A stretch of DNA of 64,000 bases, from contig CAWEPK010000011.1 of NCBI GenBank assembly GCA_963810935.1, positions 1 to 64,000 on the forward strand. Direction: 5' to 3'. Under the pieces are notes generated by a model. That model was not told where the DNA came from, ran no database searches, and saw only the letters and a program-made list of their open reading frames with translations. Both the position numbers and the translations under genes were made by a program. Source of the DNA: an uncultured delta proteobacterium. Its GTDB lineage: Bacteria > Desulfobacterota > Syntrophorhabdia > Syntrophorhabdales > WCHB1-27. Of this stretch, positions 63,524 to 64,000 are shown in pieces. Positions within the stretch are counted from its first letter, which is position 1. Every line of letters starts with the position of its first letter.

Positions 63524-63694
63524 ATGGAGACAAAGATGCTTGTGTGCAACGACTGCGGATGCAAGTTTGAGCTGAAAGATGCGAAGACGCCTGCAAAGGA
63601 GACGCCCCGGCCGGCGCCGCCGCCGAAGGACAGGTGGACCCAGGCGGACGTCGCCTGCCCGGAGTGCAGGAGCTACAACGTGACCACTGCCTGA
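63524..63694 (+). CDS. Small zinc-ribbon protein (56 aa; absent from the ORF track)
   Basis: METKMLVCNDCGCKFELKDAKTPAKETPRPAPPPKDRWTQADVACPECRSYNVTTA*; AAGGAGAGG SD; two CxxC pairs. Confidence 0.75.
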   Translation: METKMLVCNDCGCKFELKDAKTPAKETPRPAPPPKDRWTQADVACPECRSYNVTTA

Positions 63695-63761
63695 GGCTTG
63701 CTGCGAAAAAAGTCCTTCCTGACCGCGCGCCTTGCTGGTAAAATACGGTAAGGAGGACCAA

Positions 63762-64000
63762 ATGCTCTACAGAAACCTTAAAGAGATGCGCGTTTCCATC
63801 CTCGGGTTCGGCGCAATGCGCCTTCCCCTTATAGGAGGGACGGAAAACCCGACCGATTCCTTCGACCCGCAGCGCACAATCGACGAGGAAGAGACGGCCT
63901 GCATGGTCGAATACGCCATCGCCCACGGCGTCAATTATTTCGACACGGCGTACGTCTACCACGGCGGGAAAAGCGAGGTGGTCATGGGGAAGCTCCTGAA
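63762..64000 (+). CDS. Aldo/keto reductase, 5' part (runs off the window)
   Basis: AAGGAGG SD; MLYR...[12 protein letters not shown]...[17 protein letters not shown]. Confidence 0.9.
   Translation, partial: MLYRNLKEMRVSILGFGAMRLPLIGGTENPTDSFDPQRTIDEEETACMVEYAIAHGVNYFDTAYVYHGGKSEVVMGKLL

Overview
GC-rich bacterial chromosomal segment from an anaerobe. The gene content (sigma-54 catabolic operons, aryl-CoA ligases, UbiD, pan RNA motif) suggests Desulfobacterota, possibly Syntrophorhabdus-like; this is inference. The sequence looks like a lightly polished nanopore assembly. Bases 1-281 are a foreign tgt fragment joined on through an Oxford Nanopore adapter remnant, and at least eight genes carry single-base frameshifts. 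Housekeeping genes: kdsB, uvrA, panBCD with a pan RNA leader, gltX, smc, trpS, bioB. Accessory modules: (i) a sigma-54 UbiD decarboxylase / PaaK-like ligase / BASS transporter / flavoprotein operon; (ii) an MdtABC-type RND pump whose MdtC runs in frame into a lipoprotein outer-membrane factor, and whose mdtB and mdtC 3' ends are a homogenised ~630-bp repeat; (iii) a rhodanese-ThiF enzyme with an atypical partner ending in CSGG, next to an IscR-like regulator; (iv) a CusCBA-type metal efflux operon led by a near-leaderless Cys/His-rich ORF; (v) an IclR / ubiquitin-like (CGG) / xanthine-oxidase-family Mo enzyme / EntE-like ligase operon, a candidate undescribed anaerobic hydroxybenzoate pathway; (vi) a two-component system driving a sigma-54 Liv-type ABC transporter plus CoA ligase. 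No rRNA, tRNA, CRISPR array or intact mobile element was seen.
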